A program made the position numbers and the translations under genes. The notes below the pieces were generated by a model. The model had not been told where the DNA came from and did not search any database. It worked only from the letters and a program-made list of their open reading frames with translations. From a virus (taxonomy: Duplodnaviria > Heunggongvirae > Uroviricota > Caudoviricetes), in IMG/VR virus record IMGVR_UViG_3300029604_000306: a DNA stretch of 64,000 nucleotides; one strand, given 5' to 3'. The first letter of the stretch is position 1, and each line of letters opens with the position of its first letter. Positions 18,119 to 28,520 of this stretch are shown here, piece by piece.

Positions 18119-18290
18119 CGGCTTTGCTGGCGAGTTATCAATTGATGATACCGCGCGTGCACCAAAGCCTCGTAAAGGCTGACAAGTGAAGCCGTTAGGC
18201 TGAGCACAGTAGGCTTTAGCCGCAGACAAATGATACCTGCAGATAGTTCTAAAAGAACCAGCAAAAAAATATGCGAAAGCAAAAAAAATA
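18119..18290. repeat. family-A/C hairpin-repeat modules in mixed orientation
   Basis: ggtaacgggtccggctttgctggcgagttatcaa, followed by the rc of the ctctgcactcagccttacggcttcgcttgtcag module. Confidence 0.55.
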
Positions 18291-18303
18291 GGAGATAAAA
18301 GAA

Positions 18304-21300
18304 ATGAAAAATAAAGTTATTTCAGCCATGCTTTTAGGCATGTCAGCAACAATGGCTGTGCCAGGCACAGTAGTTATGGCAGCGGAAGACGGTTCCGAGT
18401 CTACCGCAGTAGAGGAGACCGCAGCTGAGGTCCCAGAAACAGAAGGAGGAGCGTCTGAGGCAGAGCAGAGCGATGAGGAGAGCCAGGATAAACAGGATAC
18501 TGATACAGCTGTCCAGAAAATGATTGACTATGCAACAGACGAGAGTGCAAAAGTCGCAGATACACCAGACGATTTCGGACCTAAACTGAGCAACATTGTT
18601 TTTTCTGATGATGTATTTGGAAGATATGCGGATTCATTAAACGAGTATATCAATGGCAGCGAGGTAGATACAGGTTCTATTTACAATTGCGAAATGGATA
18701 TGGTAGATAAGGTAGCCGAACTTACCAAAGATGAAAGTGCAGAAGCGATTGCTGCATCAAAATACCAGGTTGCTCTGACATTTGAAAGTGTTTATGGAGA
18801 GGACGCTTTTATGCCAGGACGGGATATCAGACGTGCACTGATTGCAGATAGCAGTAAAGATGAAGATTTTGCTGTATGCGGAACAATTGCAGAGGCTGAT
18901 ACGGTATACATCAGCGCAGGCGGAACAACAGCGATTCCGACTACTCTTTTTAAAGCGGTATCCGAACAACCGGAAAATCCAGATGAGACAGGTGCTACAG
19001 ACTCACCAAACGACACAGATTCAGTTACTAAAGACGAAGACCAGAACGGAGCAGATGACTCAACTACAGAAGAAACGCCGTCTGATACAACAAACCCGGA
19101 TACCCCAGGAGACGTAACAACAGATTCAGATTCTGCAGAGGAAGAGAAGAGAAGCCTTGATGAATATGTGGAAGGGCTTGACGATATTGAAATCCAGCTT
19201 GGAGATGACCTTCCGAGTCCACGCGTTTCCTATGATGATACAAAAGTCGTATCTGTATCACTTGACACTTCAAAAGTAGACAAAAACACAATCGGAGTGT
19301 ATACGATTTCTTACATCATCAAAGGAGTTGATGGTACCACTAAGATTGTAAATAAACAGTGTGCAGTATCTGAAGACCCGGTCCTTAAGGAACTGAGAAA
19401 ACAGATGTGTGAAAAAGCCGGCGAGATTGAAAAAGGTAAGTTTACCGAAAAAGATTTCAAAAGCAAATGGGATGAAGCCGTAAAAGCAGCAAAAGCAGAA
19501 ATCAACAAGAAGAAAAATGAAGAAGAGATGCAGGCAGTGTTGGATAAACTGACAGAAACAGCCGCATCAATCCTTAATGACCAGCAGCTTTATGTAACTA
19601 AAAACGGATATGTTGGCGAAATGTATAGTAAATTTGAGTCCATGGAATTTGTCACTGATGCGCAGAAAAACATGGCAAACGATGTCTTAAAAGACGCAGT
19701 CGCAAAAATCAAGAAATCCGAAACAGTTGAAGACGCTAAGCAGGAAATGGATGAAGGAATTGAAAGCATCGAAAAAATCGCTGCGCAGGATGATTCATCT
19801 ATTGACGCGCTGAAGAGCGAGGCGAAGAAGAAAATCAATGCTGCTATGGATGGAATCAAGGATAAAACAACCGTACTGCAGAATGTATACGGTTCATTAA
19901 TTTTCAAACTCGATACATGCACAACAGCGAAAGAAATTGATTCCGTAACAAATTCCGCAGACAGCGCTTTTGCCCATGTGAAAGCTGCGATTGAAGGTGA
20001 CATGGATTCAATGTTTGCTCTGTATAAAGACCTTAAGGGAATTGCTCCAGACAGCGATACAACGGAAACAATTGACGAAATCATATTACTCGGCACACCA
20101 AGTGATATTTCTGATGGAGAAGATAAGATTTCAGATATCCATAAGGCTATCACGAGCGACGTGGATGAGTTTACAGCATATCTTACCGGACGCGCCGGTG
20201 AAACAATTTCTGGAGAAACAAAAGCAGAGGCTTATGCCGCTTACGTAAAAGCTACGAACGGAACCCCAGATGCAGACCTCACAAAAGTAAAAGAAGATGC
20301 AAAGTCAGAAATCCAGAAAGCACTTGATGAAATTACAAGTGACAATAAAGAAGTAACAGACAAGAAAGGTCAGATTAAAGACGAGGTGTTTAAAAAAATT
20401 GATGCCGCAGCATCTGCAGAAGAAGTAGAGACTATTGTCAGTGATGCTAAAAGCGAAATCAAGGACCTGAAAGATGAAATTACAAATAATGAGGGTCTGA
20501 GTTCAGTGAAAGAGAGCGCCAAGAAAGAGATTCAGAATACTGTAGACAATCAGTCTGACGAAAAACTGAAGGTCTTAATTCAGCAGCTGGCTGGTGCCGC
20601 ACTGAAAAAAATAGAGAATGCTGCAACAGAGGATGAAGTAAAAGATATCGTAGAGGGATTTAAATCTGACGTACAGACAACTACAGATGCTTACAAAAAA
20701 GACAAAGAACTTGCATCAGTGAAAGCAGACACATTAAGTAAATTGTCTGTTCTTGAGTCAAAAGTGAAGTCTGAGTATGTAACAGCAGATATGAACAGCA
20801 TCATCAGCACTGCGAAAGCAAACATTGAAAATGCACAGTCTGCATCTGAATGCTCTAAGATTTACGCCCAGGCAAAAACGGATTACAATAATGCATACCT
20901 GACATCAATGCGGTCCGTATTTAACAATAAGCTGGATGCACTCCTTACAGAGTACAAATTTACAGATGATACATATTCTCAGAAAGCACAGGAAGTAATC
21001 AACAAGCAGAAAGAGAACATTAACAAAGCAAAAAATGAAACAGCAATGGAAAAATGTTACAACCTTGCTAAAGACAACCTTGCGAAGCTTGTAACCGCGC
21101 AGGACGCAGCAGCAAAACTTGCACAAGCAAAAACGGATGCGATAGCAAAAATCAAAGCAATGGTAACAAATCCTACAGATACTTCAAACAAGATTATCGA
21201 TACTTACACAGACAAAATCAACAAAGCAACGTCAGAAGATGATATCAATAAACTTGTTGACGGCTGTCAGCAGGCACTGAAAGACGCAGGGGTTGATGCG

Positions 21301-21732
21301 AGCAGCACGGCAGATGCATCAAAACTTGCACAGTTAAGGGCAGACGCAATCAGCACACTCCAGAAAATGCTTGACACGGTCCCTTCAGACAAGAAAGAAG
21401 ATGCACAGAAAGTGTTTGATTCTTACGTAGAAAAGATTAACTCAGACACAACAGAAGATGCCATCAAAAATGACCTGGAAGAAGGCAAGACCAAATTAAA
21501 GAAATACGGAGCGTCTGATGTAACAGATAATACCCCAGCCCCGAACGGAAATACATCTACGACTCTTGATGGTTCCGGTTCAGGAGCAACAGAGAAGGGA
21601 AGCGATGTTGCCACAACGAGCGGAGTAAAAACCGGCGACGATAATATGGGTATCATTGCAATAGCAGGGGCTGCAATCACGGCGGCACTTGCAGCAGCAT
21701 TTATTTCACTGAAGAAATTCATTAAAAGATAA
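18304..21732 (+). CDS. large acidic surface protein (1142 aa) with an Ig-like domain, a long alpha-helical repeat region and a C-terminal VKTGD sorting signal
   Basis: Signal peptide MKNKVISAMLLGMSATMAVPGTVVMA. An Ig-like segment (TIGVYTISYIIKGVDG), then more than 600 aa of K/E/D-rich helical repeats. The C-terminus SGVKTGDDNMGIIAIAGAAITAALAAAFISLKKFIKR is motif plus TM plus basic tail. Confidence 0.75.
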   Translation: MKNKVISAMLLGMSATMAVPGTVVMAAEDGSESTAVEETAAEVPETEGGASEAEQSDEESQDKQDTDTAVQKMIDYATDESAKVADTPDDFGPKLSNIVFSDDVFGRYADSLNEYINGSEVDTGSIYNCEMDMVDKVAELTKDESAEAIAASKYQVALTFESVYGEDAFMPGRDIRRALIADSSKDEDFAVCGTIAEADTVYISAGGTTAIPTTLFKAVSEQPENPDETGATDSPNDTDSVTKDEDQNGADDSTTEETPSDTTNPDTPGDVTTDSDSAEEEKRSLDEYVEGLDDIEIQLGDDLPSPRVSYDDTKVVSVSLDTSKVDKNTIGVYTISYIIKGVDGTTKIVNKQCAVSEDPVLKELRKQMCEKAGEIEKGKFTEKDFKSKWDEAVKAAKAEINKKKNEEEMQAVLDKLTETAASILNDQQLYVTKNGYVGEMYSKFESMEFVTDAQKNMANDVLKDAVAKIKKSETVEDAKQEMDEGIESIEKIAAQDDSSIDALKSEAKKKINAAMDGIKDKTTVLQNVYGSLIFKLDTCTTAKEIDSVTNSADSAFAHVKAAIEGDMDSMFALYKDLKGIAPDSDTTETIDEIILLGTPSDISDGEDKISDIHKAITSDVDEFTAYLTGRAGETISGETKAEAYAAYVKATNGTPDADLTKVKEDAKSEIQKALDEITSDNKEVTDKKGQIKDEVFKKIDAAASAEEVETIVSDAKSEIKDLKDEITNNEGLSSVKESAKKEIQNTVDNQSDEKLKVLIQQLAGAALKKIENAATEDEVKDIVEGFKSDVQTTTDAYKKDKELASVKADTLSKLSVLESKVKSEYVTADMNSIISTAKANIENAQSASECSKIYAQAKTDYNNAYLTSMRSVFNNKLDALLTEYKFTDDTYSQKAQEVINKQKENINKAKNETAMEKCYNLAKDNLAKLVTAQDAAAKLAQAKTDAIAKIKAMVTNPTDTSNKIIDTYTDKINKATSEDDINKLVDGCQQALKDAGVDASSTADASKLAQLRADAISTLQKMLDTVPSDKKEDAQKVFDSYVEKINSDTTEDAIKNDLEEGKTKLKKYGASDVTDNTPAPNGNTSTTLDGSGSGATEKGSDVATTSGVKTGDDNMGIIAIAGAAITAALAAAFISLKKFIKR

Positions 21733-21811
21733 GAACGGAACGATGTAACCATTACATGAGGCAGCACAGGCTGCCTCATACATAAAAATTCATAGAAAAG
21801 AGGAAAACGTA

Positions 21812-22672
21812 ATGAAAAAAGGATTAATTGCTGTAGTGCTTGTTGCAGTTTTAGCCGCTGGAGGCGCTGGGGGCTATACTGTATACCAGAAAAAAGTAGC
21901 AGAAAAAAAATATGAGCAGGATATGACAAAAACGATATCCAGCCTGCCGGCTATCACGGTATACGAAAAAGAAGACCTCCCATCCGTAGAGGAAGAGTTC
22001 AAAGGTACCGAATCAAATATCAATATTGATTCTATAACACCTGATATCAGTGGTGTACATACAAGCGAGCCGGGTGAATATGATGTTAAATACACTTTTA
22101 AAGACAGCCATGGCACAGACAGGACTGCAACTGTAAAATGCACCGTAAAACCTGAGTTGGCATCACATGTGGAGGGTATGCAGGATATCGAGATTGACAA
22201 AGGGGATGAACTGCCTACAGAATCCGGATGTACATTCGATGATTATGTAAGTTCCGTAACATTAAATACCGATGAGGTAGACAATGAAGAGGCTGGAACT
22301 TACGACATCTCTTATACGGTTCTTGGTGCAGATGGAGACATGAAGACAGTAGAAGGTTATACCTGTACCGTCAACGAAGTTGCAACGCCAACCCCAACGG
22401 CAACTCCAAAACCGACTGCAACGCCGAAGCCAACCGCTACCCCAGAGGCAAAACCGGAAGACGATACAGCACAGCCTGAAACGACAGAAGCAGAAGGTAA
22501 TTCACAGCCTGAACAGGCAGCCGCTGATACAGCAGTAGGAAACGTAGAAGTGCAGAATAATGTTGTAGAAACAGGAGATGAGAACAATATCATCGCAATC
22601 GGAGTGCTGATTGTTGTTTGCCTTGGTGCTGCCGCAGGAGTGCTGATTTATAAGAAGAAAAAGAAAAATTAA
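21812..22672 (+). CDS. surface protein with two Ig-like domains, a Pro/Thr linker and a C-terminal VETGD sorting signal (286 aa)
   Basis: Signal anchor. GEYDVKYTFKDSHG and GTYDISYTVLGADG Ig-like cores. TPTPTATPKPTATPKPTATP linker. VVETGDENNIIAIGVLIVVCLGAAAGVLIYKKKKKN tail. Confidence 0.7.
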   Translation: MKKGLIAVVLVAVLAAGGAGGYTVYQKKVAEKKYEQDMTKTISSLPAITVYEKEDLPSVEEEFKGTESNINIDSITPDISGVHTSEPGEYDVKYTFKDSHGTDRTATVKCTVKPELASHVEGMQDIEIDKGDELPTESGCTFDDYVSSVTLNTDEVDNEEAGTYDISYTVLGADGDMKTVEGYTCTVNEVATPTPTATPKPTATPKPTATPEAKPEDDTAQPETTEAEGNSQPEQAAADTAVGNVEVQNNVVETGDENNIIAIGVLIVVCLGAAAGVLIYKKKKKN

Positions 22673-22750
22673 TTTTAATCTGGTACCGGGCCGAACGGAG
22701 AGTTATCAATTTTAATCTGGTGCCGAGCCGATACGGCGAGGTATCAAACA
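22672..22750 (+). repeat. family-A hairpin repeat, two units
   Basis: ctggtaccgggccgaacggagagttatcaattttaat and ctggtgccgagccgatacggcgaggtatcaa. Confidence 0.6.
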
Positions 22751-22795
22751 GAAAGCGCTCAGCCGACAGGAAGCCAGCAAAAATAGATAGAAAAA

Positions 22796-22830
22796 GCCCT
22801 TCATTTATTCACAGATGAGGGCTTTTTTTG
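22796..22830 (+). terminator. rho-independent terminator
   Basis: aagcccttcat…atgagggctt followed by T7. Confidence 0.55.
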
Positions 22831-22876
22831 TCGGCAAAAAAAATGCGCAAAAAAGCAACGATTCTTGAAATTATTT

Positions 22877-22885
22877 GGCATATTA
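22877..22885 (+). promoter_or_regulatory. GGCATATTA box P16
   Basis: ttatttggcatattatc lies upstream of 22937. Confidence 0.5.
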
Positions 22886-22936
22886 TCTTAGAGAAAATTA
22901 ATTTTGATTTAGATAGTTTGAAAGGAGAAAGAAATA

Positions 22937-24805
22937 ATGGCAGAAAATTATTTAATTGGGATGGCAGAGGAAATCAAATCATATATTCCCGGCACATCAA
23001 ATATTGAAGAGGGGGACAGCAAGATTACGATTAATGCAGAATTAAAGACAGGCATTAAAGGTATAAGCGTTGCGATTGAGTGCGCCCCAAATACAGTAAA
23101 AATCAAAGGTACGCAGGAATATAAGTATCCGATTTCCGAAGAATCCGTAGAAGAGTTCCAGCAGGAGATGATGGAAAAATATTCCGGATGCAATGTGTAT
23201 GTAAGCGGCCAGGTATTTGCATTTTCAAAGTTTTTTTCATACCAGACAGTAGAAGAAGCAGTAAAAACAACAGAAGAAATCATCGATGCGATGCAGGACG
23301 CAGTGGTGACATTTGAGAACGACTGCGTAAACTTTCTTGAAAAAGATGTTGAGGCCAAAGAGGAAGACTATAACCCGGAAGAAAACGTAAATCTTGTACA
23401 CGTGGATAATGCATACCATGCGGTATCAACTACGATGCAGGATACAGAGGACTATGAGGAAGAACATCGCAAATTTGCGGAAAAAATTTTCTGTGATTTA
23501 GCAGCTGAAATTGGTGGGACATTAAATGGAAATGAAGTTATCCTCGCCGACGAAAAAGAAAAAATTACAACAGACTGTATTTTTTTACCTCTGGATGCGG
23601 AGATTCTGGTTTCCGTATCTACTCCGGCAGATAATGATGCCGGCACGATATATGTTTCCTACATCAATGCAAATTATCCGGAATTGATGGCTGCTTATGA
23701 CGCAGACAATGAAGTATTCAAAGTAAGAACGTATTCAAGCCCAGACAAATACGCACCGGATGAAACAAAAGAGCGTCTGGATTTATGTAGAACGGCTCTA
23801 GTTGCATGCATGAAGGAATATGAAAGAACGCTAAAAAAGAAAGATTCCGCGGACTTTGCGTCAGACGTACAGCAGATTTTGTCAGAACAGACAGCAATGG
23901 TATCTGAGCGAGAGAAGGCTGTCGCTGAGCGTGAAAATGAAATGGAACAGAAAGAAAAAGAGATGCAGAAAAAAGAGGCAGAACTACAAAAACAGGTTGC
24001 TGTATTGGAAGAAGAAAGGGCTGCACTTCAGGAGAAAATCAAATCAGAAGAGGCGAAAGTAAAAGAGCATGAAGAGGAGATGCAGAATAAAATCAAAGAA
24101 TATGAGGAAAGGGATACAAAAAATATACTGAATCTGCAGCAGCTCGCAAAGCAGCTGGCTGCATTGCAGGATAGACAGAATGCCCTGGGAAAAACTGATA
24201 ACGAAGCGGAAGAAGAAGTGTTCAGAATGAAGCAGAAAGTACAGCAGCTGGTAGGACAGAAGATTGCCTTGGAGAAAAAATTAACAGAAAAAATTGTCAC
24301 AAAAGAATCAAAAATCAAAGAACTCTCTGATTCCATTGGAAAGAAGGACCGTGAAATCAAAAAGATTGAAAGCAATATTGAAGACATGGTCAAAAGCCAG
24401 GTAGCAGATGAAGTTAAAAAAGTAGAAGAACGCGCGGAAAGTATCCAGAAGCAGCTGGACGAAATCGGGCATATCCTGACGCCGGAGGACCTGATTTCTT
24501 ATTATGAGCAGTATTCCGATGCTGAAATCAAAAAATTCCATGCCCCAAATGCAGAATTTGTTGTATACAATGACGGGGCTCTTGAAGTTAGAATCCGTAT
24601 CGGAGAGACGAACTACGTTGAAGTATCAAGAAGCGCAGCGCTAAAAGACCAGATTCTGAGGAAACTTAACACAAAGTACAATGATGTCAAATTTTACAGT
24701 ACAAAAGATGACAGGATTGCAGCAAGGTCATATTTTAAGAAAAATGCCGCTGCTGAAGATGTCGACGACATTGTAGCATCATTGTCTGAAAATTTCAAAA
24801 AATAA
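22937..24805 (+). CDS. hypothetical protein with a ~300-aa coiled-coil (622 aa)
   Basis: gaaaggagaaag RBS. Heptad-rich region KEKEMQKKEAELQKQVAVLEEERAALQEKIK…. Confidence 0.6.
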   Translation: MAENYLIGMAEEIKSYIPGTSNIEEGDSKITINAELKTGIKGISVAIECAPNTVKIKGTQEYKYPISEESVEEFQQEMMEKYSGCNVYVSGQVFAFSKFFSYQTVEEAVKTTEEIIDAMQDAVVTFENDCVNFLEKDVEAKEEDYNPEENVNLVHVDNAYHAVSTTMQDTEDYEEEHRKFAEKIFCDLAAEIGGTLNGNEVILADEKEKITTDCIFLPLDAEILVSVSTPADNDAGTIYVSYINANYPELMAAYDADNEVFKVRTYSSPDKYAPDETKERLDLCRTALVACMKEYERTLKKKDSADFASDVQQILSEQTAMVSEREKAVAERENEMEQKEKEMQKKEAELQKQVAVLEEERAALQEKIKSEEAKVKEHEEEMQNKIKEYEERDTKNILNLQQLAKQLAALQDRQNALGKTDNEAEEEVFRMKQKVQQLVGQKIALEKKLTEKIVTKESKIKELSDSIGKKDREIKKIESNIEDMVKSQVADEVKKVEERAESIQKQLDEIGHILTPEDLISYYEQYSDAEIKKFHAPNAEFVVYNDGALEVRIRIGETNYVEVSRSAALKDQILRKLNTKYNDVKFYSTKDDRIAARSYFKKNAAAEDVDDIVASLSENFKK

Positions 24806-24867
24806 TAGTACAGCCCATCGGTAATTTACTCATTACTGATGGGCACGCATAAAGGAGGAGTAGAAAA

Positions 24868-25764
24868 ATGGACAATACAGTGATTATTTTAATCGGAGCC
24901 GGTGTTTCTTGCGTCGTGATTGGTTTCGCTCTGTTTGTTAAATTGGCAAAAATGGGCTCACAGGAAGAGAGTGAAGCATCAGGAAATAAGAAACTGCTTG
25001 CAGACGATTATGCAGAAAATTTCCAGGAATGTTTTGAAAACACTGGAAACATTGAGGACACGCTTGAACAGCTGGCTGATATTTATACTGGAAATCAGTA
25101 TATGTATAATCTGATTATCAATGCCCTTAACTTCCTTAAAGAAGACCAGGGTGATTATGAGACTGCATTGGAGGGTATCAATGTTGACAGTGATACAAGT
25201 ATCATGAAGATGCATAATAACGCGATAAAAAAGGCGTTAAACATTGGAAATAGAAATAACGCTCATGAAGATGTTAAAGAGAAACCGGAACGAGAAAAAG
25301 CAAGAGAGAGTCACAATAAATCAACAAAGAGCGAAGGGGACTCGGCCGATGATATCGTCTGTGAGCCAGGCCCTGCGGTTTCAGCTTTTCATGAAGGCTT
25401 AAATTCACGCCCTGAGTTCGATAACGAATCAAGTTTTGCTGACAAATTGCCGACGAATGAAGAGGATGAGTATGAAGAAGACGAGGAAGAAGATGAGGAA
25501 GAAGACGAAGAGTATAACAGCACACAGGAACTTTTAGATAACGTTAATACTGATAAGAAACAGGAGGCACCGAGTCTAAGAACTGGCCACAAGAGGGAAG
25601 CGCGGATTATTAATGGAGAACAGGAAATCCCCGACCGACAAAAAGTCGTCCGCGGGTCAAGTGCTCCGGTTTTAACTTCGCACATTATCAAAAAAGAAAG
25701 AAATCAGGAAATCGAAAGTGAATCTTTTGAAGATGACGACTTAGATGATTTCAAAATTGGCTAA
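24868..25764 (+). CDS. hypothetical N-terminally anchored acidic protein (298 aa). Its C-terminal part is encoded by the family-B repeat.
   Basis: aaaggagga RBS. TM IILIGAGVSCVVIGFALFV. Nucleotides ~25619-25672 are repeat copy B2, translated as …PDRQKVVRGSSAPVLTSH…. Confidence 0.5.
   Translation: MDNTVIILIGAGVSCVVIGFALFVKLAKMGSQEESEASGNKKLLADDYAENFQECFENTGNIEDTLEQLADIYTGNQYMYNLIINALNFLKEDQGDYETALEGINVDSDTSIMKMHNNAIKKALNIGNRNNAHEDVKEKPEREKARESHNKSTKSEGDSADDIVCEPGPAVSAFHEGLNSRPEFDNESSFADKLPTNEEDEYEEDEEEDEEEDEEYNSTQELLDNVNTDKKQEAPSLRTGHKREARIINGEQEIPDRQKVVRGSSAPVLTSHIIKKERNQEIESESFEDDDLDDFKIG
25619..25672 (+). repeat. family-B repeat, copy B2 (5' half only, in-frame within the CDS)
   Basis: ccgaccgacaaaaagtcgtccgcgggtcaagtgctccggttttaacttcgcac. 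Confidence 0.55.
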
Positions 25765-25777
25765 GGAGAGGATGGAG

Positions 25778-27016
25778 ATGGACAACAAAATAAAAGCAAT
25801 TATCGCCGTTGCCGTTGTTGCAGTTGGAATGATTGGATACACACAAATATCAAAAGAAATGAACAAAGACCCTGAGATAACCGGACTGCAGGCTGAATTC
25901 GTTGGAAAGGTAGGACCGGGAGGGTCGTTATCTAAAAACATGTTTAAAGTGACTGGAACCACTGAGGCGGGTAAGGCTGTGCAGATAAATGACTTTTCTT
26001 CAAAAACAGCTACTGCTGCAAAAAACGGAGCATCTTGTGAAGTGAATATTGAGGCTCAAGGACAGTCGGCGACAGTAATTGTTGACATTACAAGAGAACC
26101 GGTACTTGAAGAAAATATCGGATATCCAAATGAGAAAAGCGCAAAAGTGACATGCTATTCAAATGGAGATTTGGAATTCACAGGAAAGGGGGACATTACA
26201 AACTTCACAGCGTTTCCGTGGTCATCAAGTACATATTCCCATGTGTATATTGACGATTCACTAAAAATCGAGAATATGGACAACTGGTTTGAGGGGAATG
26301 AAAATCTGGTATACTGCGACAATCTGCCAAAAACGTTAAAGACGATGAAGAGCACATTCGCAGGATGTACGGCAATAGAGAAGACTCCTGATTATTTCCA
26401 GTGCTCGAATTTAAAAATTATGGATTATGCATTCTCTGGCTGCTCTGCATTAAAAGAAGCAGACATCATCCCGGTCAATGTGTCATCAATGAAATACACA
26501 TATGCCGATTGCATTTCACTCCAAAGCCCAATCAGTCTTGATAAAACAAGTAATCTGACGAACGTCTCTGGACTATATTCTGGGTGCACAAACCTGAGGG
26601 AGGCAACGACAATACCTGATAGTGTTATCTACATGAACGAAACATATAAAGACTGTATCAATATTAAAGAAGCGGTAAAATTCCCGAAAAGTATAGAAGA
26701 AATCAGCGCAGCATATGCAGGATGTACCGGATTGCTGACGGGAGCAACGATTCCAGAATCCGTAATAAATTTTACTGATTGTTACAATGGCTGCGAGTCC
26801 TTAAATGGCAAGTTGGAAATCAATTCAGACTCGGATTCATTTGAAGGTGTACTGATGGGGGCAACAACAAACGGTGACAAATTAAGTATATCAGGAAACT
26901 GCGGTAATCTTCTTGCAATACAAAAAAATGCTTCAAACAGTAATATCGTGATGGCTGACCCTGAAGCAGCGTCAAAACAGAACGAAAGATTAAACAGAGA
27001 GAAGGAGAGTCAATAA
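25778..27016 (+). CDS. membrane-anchored BspA-type LRR protein (412 aa)
   Basis: An RBS-spaced ATG at 25778. N-terminal TM helix, then a C-terminal run of LRR_5-like units (NLKIMDYAFSGCSALKEADIIP, LTNVSGLYSGCTNLREATTIPDSV, EISAAYAGCTGLLTGATIPESV). Confidence 0.6.
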   Translation: MDNKIKAIIAVAVVAVGMIGYTQISKEMNKDPEITGLQAEFVGKVGPGGSLSKNMFKVTGTTEAGKAVQINDFSSKTATAAKNGASCEVNIEAQGQSATVIVDITREPVLEENIGYPNEKSAKVTCYSNGDLEFTGKGDITNFTAFPWSSSTYSHVYIDDSLKIENMDNWFEGNENLVYCDNLPKTLKTMKSTFAGCTAIEKTPDYFQCSNLKIMDYAFSGCSALKEADIIPVNVSSMKYTYADCISLQSPISLDKTSNLTNVSGLYSGCTNLREATTIPDSVIYMNETYKDCINIKEAVKFPKSIEEISAAYAGCTGLLTGATIPESVINFTDCYNGCESLNGKLEINSDSDSFEGVLMGATTNGDKLSISGNCGNLLAIQKNASNSNIVMADPEAASKQNERLNREKESQ

Positions 27017-27018
27017 AA

Positions 27019-28095
27019 ATGGTAAAAAAAATAGTTGTGTTTTTATGTTTTTTTGCTGGAGCCACATGCTTTATCTCTGCCGGTTTATACATAAACAGGC
27101 AGAATGCTGGACTTGAGCCGCAAAAGACAGAGGAAACAGTTTCAAAGGTGAAAAGTCCAGAACTGTTATCAGAAATCGACATGACATCATATGTTTCGCT
27201 TCCAGAATCATTTTCAGACATTGACATTACAGAAGACTTGGACAATATTGAGGTCACAGATGATAATGTGCAAGATGTTATGTATGAACAGCTCGATAAA
27301 ACTGCAGACCGGTTAGGTTCAGTGCAATTAGACAGTAACGATAATATCACCCTTATTGTGGATTATACAGTAACGCAAAAAGGCAAAGTAAAAGAAGTTA
27401 AAAGTAATTTTAAAATGGCATACAGCGACAACTCGAAGATATACAATGACGATGTCTATACTGCATTGAATAATGCTAAAAAAGGAGACACTGTAAGAGT
27501 AACGGATACAACTTTTAATGGTGTCGAAGATGCATCGGTAGACATAACGATATCTGATATTTTGAATATGCCATATCCAGTTACCGACGATTACATTCAG
27601 AACAACACAGAATACGACAGTGTGCATGATATGTGCTCCGCATTAAAAAACGATGCAAGCGGAGAGGCTAAGGAAATTGCAAGAGAACATACGATAAATT
27701 CACTGATTGATACGATGATGGAACAGACTACATTCATTCAGCTTCCGGAAAGCCTTATTCAAAGAGAGCTGGAAGTCCTCCAGAAAGATGACCCAAACGC
27801 AACATATGAACAGGCAAAGCATAGTCTTTATAAAATTTTCTTTATCGCATCGGTTATAAAGAATGATGGCGTTGCGACAAAAACGGACCTGGAAAAAAGG
27901 TATGAAAAGCTAGACAAATCGGAAAAAGAAGGACTTTCGAAATATGAAATTGAAAGAAAAAAGTACCTTTTATTTGAGGAGGATGTTGTCACCAGCATTT
28001 ATAAAAAAGTTCAAATTAACAGTCAGGAAAGTTCAACAAGCAGCTCTGATGCTGCTGAAAATGATAACACTGAGGACGATAATTCAATCGAATGA
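27019..28095 (+). CDS. hypothetical secreted or anchored protein (358 aa)
   Basis: aaggagagtc RBS. N-terminal hydrophobic signal MVKKIVVFLCFFAGATCFISAGLY. Confidence 0.55.
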   Translation: MVKKIVVFLCFFAGATCFISAGLYINRQNAGLEPQKTEETVSKVKSPELLSEIDMTSYVSLPESFSDIDITEDLDNIEVTDDNVQDVMYEQLDKTADRLGSVQLDSNDNITLIVDYTVTQKGKVKEVKSNFKMAYSDNSKIYNDDVYTALNNAKKGDTVRVTDTTFNGVEDASVDITISDILNMPYPVTDDYIQNNTEYDSVHDMCSALKNDASGEAKEIAREHTINSLIDTMMEQTTFIQLPESLIQRELEVLQKDDPNATYEQAKHSLYKIFFIASVIKNDGVATKTDLEKRYEKLDKSEKEGLSKYEIERKKYLLFEEDVVTSIYKKVQINSQESSTSSSDAAENDNTEDDNSIE

Positions 28096-28176
28096 TTCTG
28101 AGTAACACGAAGAGCAGAGATTTATATTTCTGCTCTTTTTTTTTGCAAAAAAAACGTAATCCTTCATATTGTTTTC

Positions 28177-28185
28177 GGCATATTA
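28177..28185 (+). promoter_or_regulatory. GGCATATTA box P17 (a second half-box tcatattg sits at ~28165)
   Basis: ccttcatattgttttcggcatattaac lies upstream of 28224. Confidence 0.5.
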
Positions 28186-28223
28186 ACATAGAGCACGAAA
28201 ACCTGAAAAGGAGGCCGAAAAAT

Positions 28224-28520
28224 ATGCGAAAAACAATGTATTCAGCAATGAAAAATCTAGCAGAATATATTGCCGGGAACGAAAGTTATGACTTTGAAAC
28301 TATCTGGAAAGAATGGGGTTCCAAATATAAACCATTAGAAGAAACCACTAAAGAATTAAAAAAGATGGGAGAAAGTTTATGTCAGATAGATAAGAGTGAC
28401 ATCAAATCGGTGCCGGAGAGGAGCTATCGTGAAACTATAAAAAAGATGTTAAAGCCAGAAATCAACAAGGAGGAGTTTTTTGATGGACACGTCAGTGACA
28501 AAGATGAATGCTGCCGATAA
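28224..28520 (+). CDS. hypothetical protein (98 aa). It overlaps the start of the sigma factor gene by 38 nt.
   Basis: aaaaggaggccgaaaaatATG. Ends …DKDECCR. Confidence 0.5.
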   Translation: MRKTMYSAMKNLAEYIAGNESYDFETIWKEWGSKYKPLEETTKELKKMGESLCQIDKSDIKSVPERSYRETIKKMLKPEINKEEFFDGHVSDKDECCR

